Shown in pieces: positions 50,623 to 63,606 of a stretch of DNA of 64,000 bases. The DNA is taken from the NCBI RefSeq assembly GCF_046119375.1, contig NW_027362771.1, positions 371,132,001-371,196,000 of the forward strand, read 5' to 3'. The notes below the pieces were generated by a model. That model was not told where the DNA came from and did not search any database. It worked only from the letters and a program-made list of their open reading frames with translations. This DNA comes from Phyllobates terribilis (taxonomy: Eukaryota). A program made the translations under genes and the position numbers. Each line of letters begins with the position of its first letter. Within the stretch, counting starts at the first letter, position 1.

Positions 50623-51022
50623 AGGGTACCTGCCTTGTAAAAAATGCTATTAACCCGCAGATGTGGGGTTAATCTGCAGGTTAATATCGTTCTGAAGCCT
50701 TGCTGCCATCGCACTGAGAGCCCAGCTGCCAGGAGGAAAAAAGTTCACTGTCTGACATCTGGCTTACCATTAGATCTAGTTTTCAGCCAATTATAGACTG
50801 TGATTACAGCCACCGCTCACTATACACTGAGCGGTGACTGTAGCCGCACAAGCCGTACCCCTATGACAGAAAGCCCAGGGATGCTGGAAGGAATAAAGTT
50901 AATTTTCTCCCAGCAGCGCTTCCCTCAGAGCAGTGGCTGCACAGCTTCAGTACTCTATTAACCTGCAGATTGACCACATAGCTTCAGGTTAGTAGCGTTT
51001 TTTTTTGCAAGGCAGGTTCTCT
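50623..51022. mobile_element. T2/Kolobok-type MITE (400 bp)
   Basis: TTAA on both sides; TIR AGGGTACCTGCCTTG / CAAGGCAGGTTCTCT. Confidence 0.8.
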
Positions 51023-52189
51023 TTAAAGATTGGGACCTGCTGACATATATCCATTAATAATAGAGCCTACAACACATAATAGGTTGCTTCAACTGATCTC
51101 TTAATATACAGCAAAATTTTTTTTAAAATAGGCCTTCATGTTCTGTAGGAAGCACATTCTCCAAGAAAAGAAGAATACATGAAAAGCATTACATATTACT
51201 CCCATAAAAATCACAGGCCCTCCCCACATTTTTCTTATATATATATATATATATGATTTTGCTCTGCTGGTTCCAGCGCAGTCATACTTGCAGTCGAATG
51301 ACAGCTAGTGTCATCTACTTCTGTGAATAGAACATTGCAAGACATGGCTGACATTCTAGTTGGCACATGACAGTAAGTGAGCAAAGCGCATACTCATGGT
51401 TACGTGATAACTAGTGTTGAGCGAGCTCTAAAATGCTCGCGTGCTCGAAGCTCGGGCCGAGCTCATTGTGATACTCGGGTGCTCGACCCGAGCAACGAGC
51501 CCAATGTTAGTCTATGGGAGACCCGAGCATTTTTGCGGCGGCACCCCCGGCAGTCTGTAGAAAGTCTAAAATGTGCCCAAAACAATAGTGACAGTGCTCA
51601 AATGACATGGGGACAGCATGGGGATCGCCCCAGGAAGCATTTCTGACCCCCAGGTCACTGCTGTCAACAACGTGGTCAGCGGTATTAAGCCACTTTTACG
51701 GGCTCACAATAAAACGTTCAAAAACTAAACTGAAACTGTTTTCCTGTGAAATATGTTAAGGAACATCCTTTCCAGGGTAAAGACTTGGGTATAAGGTAAA
51801 ATAAATAACCAAAAACAAAAATACTCCTCCACACCTTGGGCTATGTTCACAAGTACCATTTTTTATGCGTTTTTGCACTTTTGTATTGCTTTCAACCGTG
51901 ACAAATGCATTCACCGGGAAATGTCATTTTAACATTTTACAACGTTATCTGGCCATGTGCTGTGTGACACATGCATACAGTGCTGAAAAGACATGGGAAA
52001 AGCATAGGGACCCCAGGAAGCATCTCTGACACCCAGGTCACTGCCTAAAAGTGTGCCCATAAGAAGTGATCCTTGCCACATCAGAAGATGCAGACTTGCA
52101 ACTATCCCCGTGCAAGTCCTTGTCCCAGGGCAGTGTTCAATTGTACCTCCCCCATTCCTTGCAATGCAAGCGCAAATATGCAGCCAACC

Positions 52190-53040
52190 ACCCACCCACC
52201 CGCAGGCTGCAATACTATACTGCTAGCTTGCACATGAAATGGGGCCTTTTAGTTTGGAGGAGGCCGAAGCTGGCCACTACCTCATTGGTGCGTAGGCGGC
52301 GAGGTCTCCATACTTAGTCCCCAGCCGCCACTATTTGTCCCGGGAACCTTCCCCACACTTTTCTTAGCCTGGCCTGCTTTAGGGCAGCATTGGACGAGCC
52401 CACCAGACAACCAGAGACTCTTCCGGTGGGCCCTGGCTTCTCCATCAGGGGAGTTGAGAGTGCCAAGGTGAGGAGCATGATGATGATGATAGAAGTTAGC
52501 ATCTGCTTTCTTTTCTTGGAATGCAAGCTTAAGTGTGCAGCCTGCCACCCACCCACCCCCAGGCTGCAATACCATACTGCTAGCTTGCTTGCACTTGAAA
52601 TGAGGCCTTTTAGGCTTGTGGAGGCGGAATCTGGCCACCACGTCATGGCTGCGTCGGCGGCCTGGTATCCATACTCAGTCTCCAGCCGCCAGGGGGTGGC
52701 CGGGTGTCCATACTCGGTCCCCAGCCGCCCCGCAGCTGGGTGCCCACACACGGTCCCCAGCCGCCTGGGGGCGGCCGGGTGTCCATAAACGGTCCCTAGC
52801 CACCCCTATTTGTCCCGGTGCGCCTTATACACAAGCGTGCATACCAAAACATTACCTGAGCCCTCCCCAGTTCATTTAGTGGGAAGGACAGCCTAACCAC
52901 AAACACGTGGACAAGTGAATGTGGCCAGGGATGGTCCATCTCACTGACGCCTTCACACTGGGTTAATATTGTGGAAGCCGGGACACAGTTGGACACTGGG
53001 ATGCAACACGTCCTCCAGACATAGAGGATTGCGGGTCCTG
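52190..53040 (+). pseudogene. Inverted, diverged fragments of hAT transposase within element D
   Basis: Plus-strand LLALEMRPFRLVEAE and ACACGTGGACAAGTG…TGTGGCCAGGGA…CACACTGGGT…GTGGAAGCCGGGAC match the minus-strand gene at ~56545-56885. Confidence 0.75.
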
Positions 53041-53749
53041 GGTCAATCAGGCTTCAACACAAAGTTCAGAAGGTAGACAGCATCAGTGGTCGGCCTCCTA
53101 CACAATGAGTAAATTATTCATGATCATGAGGTCATCCATCTCCTTAGCTTTCTGTTTCTTGGAATGCAAGCGCATGTATGTAGTAGCGGCTAGGCCTGAG
53201 GTGGTCAGCGTTTTGGCGCATATCCTAACTCCTCCGAGGATTGCTGGATGTTTTCCTGCTACTATCCCAGTTCTATGACTCCCGTTAAAACAAAGCTTCA
53301 GGTGATGAATGATCGATGAGGTGGTGGCAAAAGAAAAAAGCAGGAGGAACAGGGACCATTCACATCAATATCAGGCCAATCAACCACACATGTCTTGTAG
53401 GATATGTTTCTGTACCAAAAGGAGCGGTTCGGCTACACAGCTATAGGGCATACAGTGAGTGCAATGCCTACCAAAAATTTCGAGGCACTCCAATGCCCCT
53501 TGGAAGTGACATGGAGGTCAGAGGGCCTTAACTAAACCGTTTTTTCCATTTATAGCAACTGGGTCTCCTGTACACTGTTGGCCTAAGCAGTGAATGGAAA
53601 GCTTTCCAAAAATTACGAGGAACTGCAATGCCCCTTGAAACAGACGTAGATTACAGCGTACTAAAAACCCTCTACCCATTATTGGGGAGTGGGTCTCCCT
53701 TAGTGTTCACCTATGCATTGAAACGCAAAAGCTGACTAAAATTAGGAGG

Positions 53750-54495
53750 AAATGCAATGCCCGTTGGAAGAGTCGTGGAGGTTAGAGGTAATTAAAAACA
53801 ACATTTCAATGCCGCTTGGAAGAGCTGTGGCGTTCAGAGTGGTTTAACAACATGGTTTTAATTGCCCTTGGAAGAGACGTGGAGGTCACAGTAGCTTAAC
53901 AAGATGGTTTTAATGCCACTTGGAAGAGACGTGGAGTTCAGAGTGGTTTAACAAGACGGTTTTAATGCCCCTTGGAAGAGACGTGGAGGTCCCAGTGGAA
54001 TAAAAAGACAATATCAATGCCCCTTGGAAGAGTGGTGGAGGTTACAGTGGAATAAATAGACAATATCAATGCCACTTGGAAGAGTGGTGGAAGTCGCAGT
54101 GGAATAAAAAGACAATATCAATGCCCCTTGGAAGAGTGGTGGAGGTCCCAGTGGAATAAAAAGACAATATCAATGACCCTTGGAAGAGATGTGGAGTTCA
54201 GAGTGGTTTAACAAGACGGTTTTAATGCCCCTTGGAAGAGACGTGGAGTTCAGAGTGGTTTAACAAGATGGTTTTAATGCCCCTTGGAAGAGACGTGAAG
54301 GTCACAGTAGCTTAACAAGATGGTTTTAATGCCCTTTGGAAGAGACGTGGAGGTCACAGTGGAATAAAAAGACAATATCAATGCCCCTTGGAAGAGACGT
54401 GGAGGTCCCAGTGGAATAAAAAGACAATATCAATGACCCTTGGAAGAGACGTGGAGGTCACAGTAGCTTAACAAGACGATTTTAATGCCCCTTAC
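53750..54495. repeat. ~52-bp tandem repeat, ~14 copies, 3' of transposase D
   Basis: Recurring AATGCCCCTTGGAAGAGACGTGGAGG…. Confidence 0.88.
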
Positions 54496-54782
54496 AAGAG
54501 CCATGCAGTACAGCATATTAAAAACATTATTCACATTATTGGGGAGTGGGTCTCCCATAGTCTTTGCCTATGCCTTCCAAGCAAAAGCTGCCAAAATTTA
54601 GGACGGAGGAACTTGCAATGCTGGCAACACGGACCACAGTCACCCTGGTGGTATAGTGGTGGTGGAGGCTGAGGATAAGGAGAAGAGCAAAAAACAGCCG
54701 AAATGAGGAAGCGTATACCCATGTGTGGGTGTGAAGCGGTGCATGGGAGCACACTTCCCAAAATAACACAGTGGATTTGACT

Positions 54783-57515
54783 TTATGTTACTCTGCTGTC
54801 ATTTGGTGGTGATGAGAAGTCTGGCCCAATCCAGCCCTTGTTCATTTTGATAAGGGTCAGCTTGTCAGCATTGTCAGTTGACAGGCGAGTGCGCTTATCA
54901 GTTATAATTCCCCCAGCGGCACTAAAAACACGCTCCGATAACACGCTAGCGGCAGGGCAGGCAAGGACCTCCAAGGCGTACAGAGCGAGTTCATTCCAAG
55001 TGTCCAGCTTGGATACCCAATAATTAAAAGGCACAGAGGAATCACGGAGGACACTGGTACGGTCGGCAAGGTACTCCCTCACCATCTTTTGAAACTTTCC
55101 ACTCCTTGTGAGAGTACAGTGCGCCTCAGGGCCTGTAAGGTGGGCGGGTCTCAGAAAACTGTCCCAGAATGTTGACAGTGTTCCCCTGCCTCTGCTGGAT
55201 TGGAGTTGCGTCTCTCTCGCCTGTATGCCTTGGTTGGTCAACGAACTGTGACCTCTGCCGCTAGCGTGTTCAGATGGGAATTTTTTTAACAGTTCTGCAG
55301 CAAGGGCCTTCTGGTACTGCCCCATTTTTGTAGACCTCTCCACCTCAGGAATAAGAGAGTGAAAGTTCTCCTTTTAGCGGGGGTCTAAAAGTCTCACCAA
55401 CCAGTAATGACTGTCACCCAACATTTTGACAACGCGAGGGTCACGGTTAAGGCAGCATAACATAAAGTCAGCCATGCGTGCCAGACTGGTAACGGGCAAG
55501 ACTGTGTCCTCACCAAGATGACGACTGACCATGCTCTCCTCCTCCTCCTCCCCCCTGTCCTCAGGCTACCCACGCTGAACCGACAGTATGACAGTTGTAC
55601 AGGTACTACCGTCTACAGCGCATGATACCAGCTCCTGTTCTTCCTCCTCCTCTCCCTCATTGTCCCCCAATGCACGTTGGGATGAGATGAGGCTGGGCTG
55701 TGTGTAATCGCCCGCTACGGCTTCTTGATCCATCTCATCATACTCTGGCTGCAATGCCTCCTCTTTAATTCTCTGCAGAGAGCGTTGCAAATGACAGACA
55801 AGTGGGATGCTGACGCTAATGATGGCGTCATCGCCACTCACCATCTTGGTGGACTCCTCAAAGTTTGTCAGGATGGTACATATGTCAGACATCCAGGTCC
55901 ACTCCTCAGGTCTTATGTGTGGAGTCTGACCTGAATATCGACGGCCTTGTTGCAGCTGGTACTCCACAACTGCTCTCTTCTGCTCACAAATCCTTTGCAA
56001 CATGTGGAGGGTAGAGTTCCAACGTGTGGGGGACATCACACACCAGTCGGTGTGCCGGAAGCTGAAAACGCTGCTGCAACACAGCAAGGGCAGCGGAAGC
56101 TGTAGCCGACTTCCGAAAATGAGCTGACAGGTGGCGTACTTTGACGAGCAGATCTGGCAACTTGGGGTACGATTTAAGAAACCGCTGAACCATGAGGTTA
56201 AGCACATGAGCCAGGCATGGTACGTGTGTGATCTCACCTTGCCTCAGAGCCGCCACCAGATTACGGCCATTGTCACACACGACCATGCCTAGATGTAAGT
56301 TCAGCGGTCTCAGCCACAGATCTGCCTGCTCTTTCACAGCTGTCCACAACTCACAATCAGTGTGAGGTTTATCACCTAAGCTTATGAGTTTCAGCACAGC
56401 CTGTTGCTGCTTGGCTGAGGCAGTACTGCAGTGCTTCCAGCTTGTAACTGATGTGTTGATATCTGAGATGGAGACTGAACATGAGGAGGAGGATGATGCG
56501 CAGGAGCTGTACACTGTGGGGGCAACTCTGACTGACATAGGGCCCGCAATCCTTTGTGTGGGGAGGATGTGTTCCACCCAAGGTCCGACTGGGTCCCGGC
56601 TTCCACTATGTTTACCCAGTGTGCCGTCAGGGAGATGTACCGTCCCTGGCCACAAGCACTTGTCCACGTGTCGATTGTCAGGTGGACTCTCCAAGTAACA
56701 GCGTTGTTGAGGGCACGGCAGATGTTTTGGGACACGTGCTTGTGTAGTGCGGGGATGGCACACCAGGCAAAATAGTGTTGACTGGGGACCGAGTACCGAG
56801 GGACAGCCACCTCCATAAGGTTGCGGAAGGATTCCGTCTCCACCAGCCTAATAGGCAGCATTTCCAACGCAAGCAGTTGAGCAATGTGCGAATTTAGGAC
56901 TGTGGCCTGCGGGGCGTTGGCTGCGAATTTGCGCTTTCGTTCAAAGGTCTGGGATATGGACAATTGAATGCTGCGGTGGGACATGGACGTTGATGCTGAG
57001 AAACTGCCATAACAAGTGAAGACTGAGAGGTGGGGGCATCTTTGCATGCAGTATGGACAGGGGATTGCCTTGCACGCACAACAGGAGGTTCTATTACACA
57101 CACAACAGCGGAAGAAGCAGTGGTGACACCCGCTGACACTGGTCGTGGACCCTGAGGTTCGCCCCACAAAGTCGGGTGCTTTGTTGACATGTGCCTGATC
57201 ATGCTGGTGGTGGTTAGGCTGGTAGTTTTGTCACCTATGCTGATGCTTGCCTGGCAGGTGGTACAAATGGCCTTTTTGGGGTTATCAGCAGAGTCTTTAA
57301 AAAAATTCCAGACTCTGGAAGACCTACCGGTTGTACTGGCAACGTTCCTTGTGTTGGTGTTACGGGGAACGGTTGCCCGCCTTCTGTCTGCGGCCACCAC
57401 ACTGCTTCTTCCTGCCTGTTGGGGTACTCTGCCTCCCTCCCCCTGTGTGCTGTTGGCCTCACTCTGCGTGTCCTCCTGCCACGTTGGGTCAGTTACTAGA
57501 TCATCCACCACCTGG
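54783..57515 (-). pseudogene. hAT transposase D, 5'-truncated with several frameshifts
   Basis: BED (VWNFF…CTTC…RHMSTKH), TIDTW, VCDNG, CLAHVLNL, TRWNST and SVLSERVFS are spread over four or more ORF pieces. Confidence 0.88.
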
Positions 57516-58240
57516 ATTACACCCAGATTTGAACCGTGGAAGAGGAAAACCACAGTTCTATTTCTCTGGCCTACACCAGAATCTTTTAAACAGATATATT
57601 TGTGTCTAAACAGTCAGCGAGACACTCAAACTGTTTTTTTTTTATGTAAAAAAGGCAAAAAGGTGGATTACACCCAGATTTGAACCGTGGAAGAGGAAAA
57701 CCACAGTTCTATTTCTCTGGCCTACACCAGAATCTTTTAAACAGATATATTTGTGTCTAAACAGTCAGCGAGACACTCAAACTGTTTTTTTTTTATGTAA
57801 AAAAGGCAAAAAGGTGGATTACACCCAGATTTGAACCATGGAAGAGGAAAACCACAGTTCTAGTTCTCTGGCCTACACCAGAATCTTTTAAACAGATATA
57901 TTTGTGTCTGAACAGTCAGCGAGACACTCAAACTGTTTTTTTTTATGGAAAAAAGGCAAAAAGGTGGATAACACCCAGGTTTGAACCGTGGAAGAGGAAA
58001 ACCACAGTTCTAATTTCCTGGCGTATACCAGACTTTTTTAAATAGATATATTTGTGTCTGAAGAGTCAGCGAGACACTCAAACTGTTTTTTTTTATGGAA
58101 AAAAGGCAAAAAAGTGGATAATACAGAGATTTGAACCATGGAACTGCAAAACCACAGTTCTAGTTATCTGGCCAAAACCAGACTCTTTTAAATAGATATA
58201 TTTGTGTCTGAACACTCACAGACACACTCAATTTTTTTTT
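57515..58240. repeat. ~151-bp tandem repeat, ~5 copies, 5' of transposase D
   Basis: ACACCCAGATTTGAACC recurs about every 151 bp. Confidence 0.88.
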
Positions 58241-58604
58241 GGGGAGGGGGGAAATACCAAAAGGTTAATAAGATGGGTATTTGTACAGTCTGACTGAGGG
58301 AAATAAAAAAAGAGGATTTAGATGAAAAAAAAAGGATTTTTCCTGGCCCCTGAGACCTGGGGCTAAGTCTAGCAATTTGAGCAGCAGCAGCACACAGGAC
58401 TGTAATGCAGTGTTTGTTGGTATAACCACTGCGTCTCCTATACAGCCTGCCTGCCTGATATCTGGGATGGATATTAGTCCTCAGAAGGACTGTTTGTTTG
58501 ATTTTTCAGGCTTTAGAGACCCTACACTACCTATTTCGCAGTATAAATCTCTCCCTAGCTCAGCAGCACTCTCCCTACACTGTCTGATCTGGAGCGACTG
58601 TGTC

Positions 58605-58660
58605 CAAGATGGCGGCGCCCGGTTTTAAATACTCGAGGTGACGCTGTGCAGCCAGCCAAT
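58605..58660 (-). promoter_or_regulatory. Putative transposase promoter of element D
   Basis: On the minus strand: ATTGG (58660), TATTTAAAA (58631), CGCCATCTTG (58614). Confidence 0.5.
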
Positions 58661-59147
58661 CACTGTAATGCCCACAACCAACATGGCTGCGGCATTACAG
58701 TGACTGGCTGGCAATCCCTGCATGTTCATTGGCTCTGTAAAGAGTGCCAAACATGCAGGGCGGAGATCCGAGCACCCGCCCGAGTAACCCGAAAATGCTC
58801 GGTGCTCGCCGAACATCCCGAGTAGTGAGATGCTCGGGCGAGTACCGAGCAGTGTCGAGCATGCTCGCTCAACACTAGTGATAACTGCTAGGAACTGGCA
58901 GAGCCCAACCATGTATATATTTTGTTAAATTATATGTCTGGTATCTGGTAGTATACTGCAAACAAAAGTATGGAATAGTGTAGTCGACTGCACTATTCCA
59001 TACAACGGTATCCTGTAAAAGACATACCTAAAATATTTATATTTTTTTTACAGTGGATGTTGAAACCACTGTATGGCATTCATAGGAGGCAACTGTTTAA
59101 CATATGCATCATGATGTATATGCTAAACAGAGGATGTTTGGTCTTAA

Positions 59148-59531
59148 AGGGTTATTCCCAAAACAATCAAGTTATCCCGATGATAGGGGATAACTTACTG
59201 ATTGTTGGGAGTCTGACAACTTGGACCCCTAGTGATTCTGAAAAAGAGACTGTGCAGCTTAGCCATGAATGAATTGGAGGTGCCCATGCTCGACTCCTGC
59301 TCTATTCATTGTCTATGAAACTGATGGAAATAACTGAGCGCATCGCTCAGCAGCTCATAGATAATGAACAGAACAGAGGCCAAGTATGCACACCTCTGCT
59401 ACATTCAAGACTGGACTGCATAGCCCTGTTCTCAGAATATTTAGCGGGTCCAGAGGTCGAATCCCCAATGATCAGCAAGTTATCATCTGTCCTATGGATC
59501 GGGGATAACTCGATTTTTGCTAAATAACCCT
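59148..59531. mobile_element. T2/Kolobok-type MITE
   Basis: TTAA|AGGGTTATT … AATAACCCT|TTAA. Confidence 0.82.
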
Positions 59532-59680
59532 TTAAAAAGTCAGGTTGATTCTCCTATTCTTTACAATTACAGTATCATACATGAACCAAAAACAAATATG
59601 TTCACACACACATATACATACACACATAGCTAAACACACACATATATACACATGCACACACACAGATACACACACATATA

Positions 59681-61279
59681 CAGTAGTGTCCAATATGACT
59701 AACCAGATTATTCACTGCTTTTTTTTTGTATAAATTATATTACCACATGTCAAAACATTTACCAGTTGGTGCAGTAGATTCTAAGAAAACCAACAGGCTC
59801 AGCATTCATGATCTGCATGTTTTTGAGTCTGCGTATTTGAATAATTAATTGAAAGGGGGAGTGTTCAAAATAATAGCAGTGTGGAGTTCAATTAGTGAGG
59901 TCAATCATTCTTTGAAGAAACTGGTGTGAATCAGGTGGCTCTTATTTAAGGGTGAAGCCAGCACATGTTTTACATGCATTTCTCCTTGAAAGCCTGAGAA
60001 ATATGGGTTGTTCGAGACATTGTTCATAAGAACTGCATACTTTGATTAAAAAGTTGATTAGATAGGGTAAAACGTATAAAAAAGTGCAGACAATGATAGG
60101 CTGTTCAGATCAAATGATCTCCAATGCTTTAAAATGGAAAGCAAAACCAGAGAGACGTGGAAGAAAACTGAGGACTACTATTCAAATGGATTGAAGAATA
60201 GCCAAAATGGCAAAGGCTCAGCCAATGATCAGTTCCAGAATGAACAAAGACAGTCTCAAGTTACCTGTGAGTACTGTGACAGTTAGAAGATGCCTGTGTG
60301 AAGCTAATCTCTTAGCAAGAAGTCCCTGCAAAGTCCCACTGTTAAAAAAAGACATGAACTGAAGCGGATACAATTTGCAAAAGAACACATCAACTGGCCT
60401 AAAGAGAAATGGAGAAACATTTTGTGGACTGATGAAAGTAAAATTGTTCTTTTTGGGTCCAAGGGCCGCAGACAGTTCGTCAGATGACCCCCAAACTCTG
60501 CATTCAAGCCCCAGTACACTCTGAAGACAGTGAAGCATGGTGGTGCAAGCATCATGATATGGGCATGTTTCTCTTACTATGGTGCTGGACCTATATGCCG
60601 CATACCAGGGATCATGGACCAGTTTTCATATATAAAAATACTTGAAGAGGTCATGTTGTCTTATGCTGAAGAGAATATGTCCTTGAAATAGGTGTTTCAA
60701 CAAGACAACGACTCTAAACATACCAGTAAACAAGCAACATCTTGGTTCCAGTCCAACAAAATCGAGGTTATGGAGCGGCCAGCCCAATCCCAGACCTTAA
60801 TCCGGTAGAACACTTGTGAGGTGACATCAAAAATGCCGTTTCTGAAGAAAAGCCAACAAATGCCAAATAATTGTGGGATGTAGTCAAAGCATCCTGAGCT
60901 GGTATAACAGTTGACAGGTGCCAGAAGTTAGTTGACTCTATGCAACATAGATGTGAAGCAGTTCTAAAAAACTGTGGGTATACAACTAAATATTAGGTTA
61001 GTGATTAGGTTAGTGATTAGTGAGAATACTAAATCCTCAAAAAAGAGTTCATATTGTGAGTTTTTAAAGACAAATGCAGACACTGCTGTTTTTTAGAACA
61101 GCCCAATGTTCATTAATGTTATTTTCTGTAAAGTAGTTAAAATTATATACATTTCTCTTCATGTTTTGAATTAGAAAACAGTGTGCAATATTTCCAATGC
61201 ATGGAAATAAAAACTAGTATAAAGATTTTGTGCTTAACTCATGTTTTTGAACACACTGCTATTATTTTGAACACTACTG
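59681..61279 (+). mobile_element. Tc1 (DD34E, IR/DR-type) transposon, degenerate, inserted in a (CA/TA)n microsatellite
   Basis: TA|CAGTAGTGT … ACACTACTG|TA; inner direct repeat GTGTTCAAAATAATAGCAGTG at ~59860. Transposase ~60003-60995 has WTDES, QQDND…SPDLNPVE and many stops. Confidence 0.88.
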
Positions 61280-61666
61280 TATACACAGCCATTTAAACAC
61301 ACATACACAGCTATACGCACACGCACACATACATGCACACTGGCACAAACATACACACACACACACATACTGTACATATACACATACACACACATACACT
61401 CATATACTAATCTTATATAATGGAAATATTAGGCTGTCAGTCTCCTTACTCTGAAGATCCTATACGTAGCTCACTCCTCCATCCCAGGTGAGCTGTGGAG
61501 GAGGTCAATCACATAGATAAGAGAGCAGCTGCGCCAAGTGAGAAACATAATATAAGCTCCCATGTGTGTGCACCCTTGTTGGCCCTGAAAATTGTTTCAA
61601 CCAATTCTGATGGACTCTTTTCAAAGGCATTGATCTCCTGATCCTATCCTAAGTAGCAGTAGTCAT

Positions 61667-62322
61667 TAGAGATTAGTGAAACAATTCAAGACAAATTTAA
61701 TTTGTTTCAAATTTTACAAAAAATTTGGACTTTCTAGAAACCAATATTTTTTACAATTCCATTCGCTCGACTCAAGCAAAATGGCCGTCTGCTCACCCCC
61801 ATTTTACTAATTTTTTGGGGGGCTGGTAAATAATTAGCAAATAAAATATAAATTGCACTCCCCTCATTCCTAATTTATTTTGACACTGCGGCTCCCCATG
61901 CGGTTCTCCATTAGCTCTTTTTCTACCTCCAGCTACAGTCTTCTATTGTGTCTTCATTCTTCGGCGCCTCCAGTGATTACTGGGGATCAGATGACATCAA
62001 CTTATCACGGTATGAAGTATGTCATCATATTGTGTTAGGCCTAATCCTACCAATAGGTGCTGAAGAGTGAAGAAGACTGAAACTGGAGGGAGGAAGTAAG
62101 TCAGGTGGGAAGTTTTGGTGTCAGGACAGGTGAGGGGCAAAGTTAATATAATGTTTTTCTATTTTTTAAACTTTTATTATGCTCTGGGGTCTGGAGAGAC
62201 CTTGGGGCATAATAAATGGATTTTATCACCATTTTTATTTGCTTCAAATAAATTCAATACAACTTCTGGCTGAATTTGAGCAAATCTCATGAATCGAATT
62301 TCTGTAGATTCAGTGGTCTCTA
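61667..62322. mobile_element. Old non-autonomous hAT MITE of the TAGAGATGAGC group
   Basis: Degenerate ends TAGAGATTAGTGAA / TTCAGTGGTCTCTA; flanks GTAGTCAT and CTAGCCAT agree at 6 of 8 positions. Confidence 0.55.
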
Positions 62323-63606
62323 CTAGCCATTCCTGGATGCTACCTTTAGCCTGCAGGAAACATTGTCACAGGTCATAATTAAGCCAATAACTGATTCCCT
62401 TAAAGAGAACTTAGGTCAAGTTACGTAGTCTTTAGCTTGAATGCAATACTGTCTACTATCTAGGGCAAATATTGCTCTCTTTGAGATGAACCAAACTAAG
62501 GGCTTTTTATTGCTTTGCAAATAGGGCATCATACCTAGAGTTCCATTAAAACCAGTATGGTCTCAACAAAACAAATGTGTATTTTATCTGTTTAATATTC
62601 CCAAATAGTAGATTTATAGTTATTATTATAATATTAGCATTAAAGCATCACATTTTACCTTTTTCTAAATAATTTTGTATAGTTTTCGCACATTAAAATC
62701 ATTTTGAAAAAACTTCTACAAATAAGCTTTAAAGCATTAGTTAAAAATAATGCATATTAGGTCCACTATATATTTGTAATTAAAACCTTGATGAAGTGAG
62801 GAGAATTGTTCATTAAACACATTGGAGGCATTAAGACATTCTAAAAGCCTCACCATACGTACCCTGAGATTTATAGACACTTCTCCAAACACAGTAATGT
62901 AAACAGGAAAGTATGGGGTACAGAAGTTTTATACTTAGTATGTTATGTACAAAAAGTCAGTTAGGTTTCTGCCAAAAAGTAACAATTACAGTATACTTGA
63001 ATGTAAATATATATGAATACCATGAAGGAAAAGAAGATTAGTTACAGCCTAAAGAGCAATATTCTGTAAATCAGTTCAAAATGGAATTTTTAGCAAAAAA
63101 GATATTTTACCAACCTTGTGTGCTGAAACCAGCTGTGGTGTTCCGGTCCCCAACACTGGATTCTGTCCCCTGCTGGTCTATACTGGTCCCCTGTAGCAAC
63201 ACAGGATATAACATCACTTTACTCAGTTGTATCTACTGTATATAAGATATTTGCATTAATACAGTAAATTTCAGTCTGAACAACTACTATATGTTTGAGT
63301 TACTTTTAGCTATGAATAGGTTTTATCAATCTATTAGTATTTTATTTTAGAGGTTTTTGATTCATTGTTGATTCCAAAAATATCATCTTCAGTTTTTTTT
63401 TTTGTTTCCAGTGATTGAAATCTCTGCCTTCAAGCTGGTGTGGGAGTTTTAGTCAATGCCAGGTCTACGTAAAACTTTTTCTTCAAAGAGGAAGAGGACT
63501 TGAACCTCTATTGGACTAATCACCTATTGGAAGCAGCGATCCTAAAAGTCAATGTCGACTCTTTAACAAGCCTTGCAATATGACTTAGGATAAAAGCCAA
63601 ACCAGA

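Larger units (their letters stand above)
51412..58877 (-). mobile_element. hAT element D (7.5 kb, defective transposase)
   Basis: Perfect TIR TAGTGTTGAGC/GCTCAACACTA; TSD GTGATAAC at 51404-51411 and 58878-58885; GCTCG/CGAGC subterminal repeats. Confidence 0.94.

Noticed and set aside
63408-63470. Possible plus-strand terminal exon (TTTCCAG|…VIEISAFKLVWEF*)
   Set aside because: Only an acceptor-like site and 13 codons, with no supporting upstream exons on that strand.
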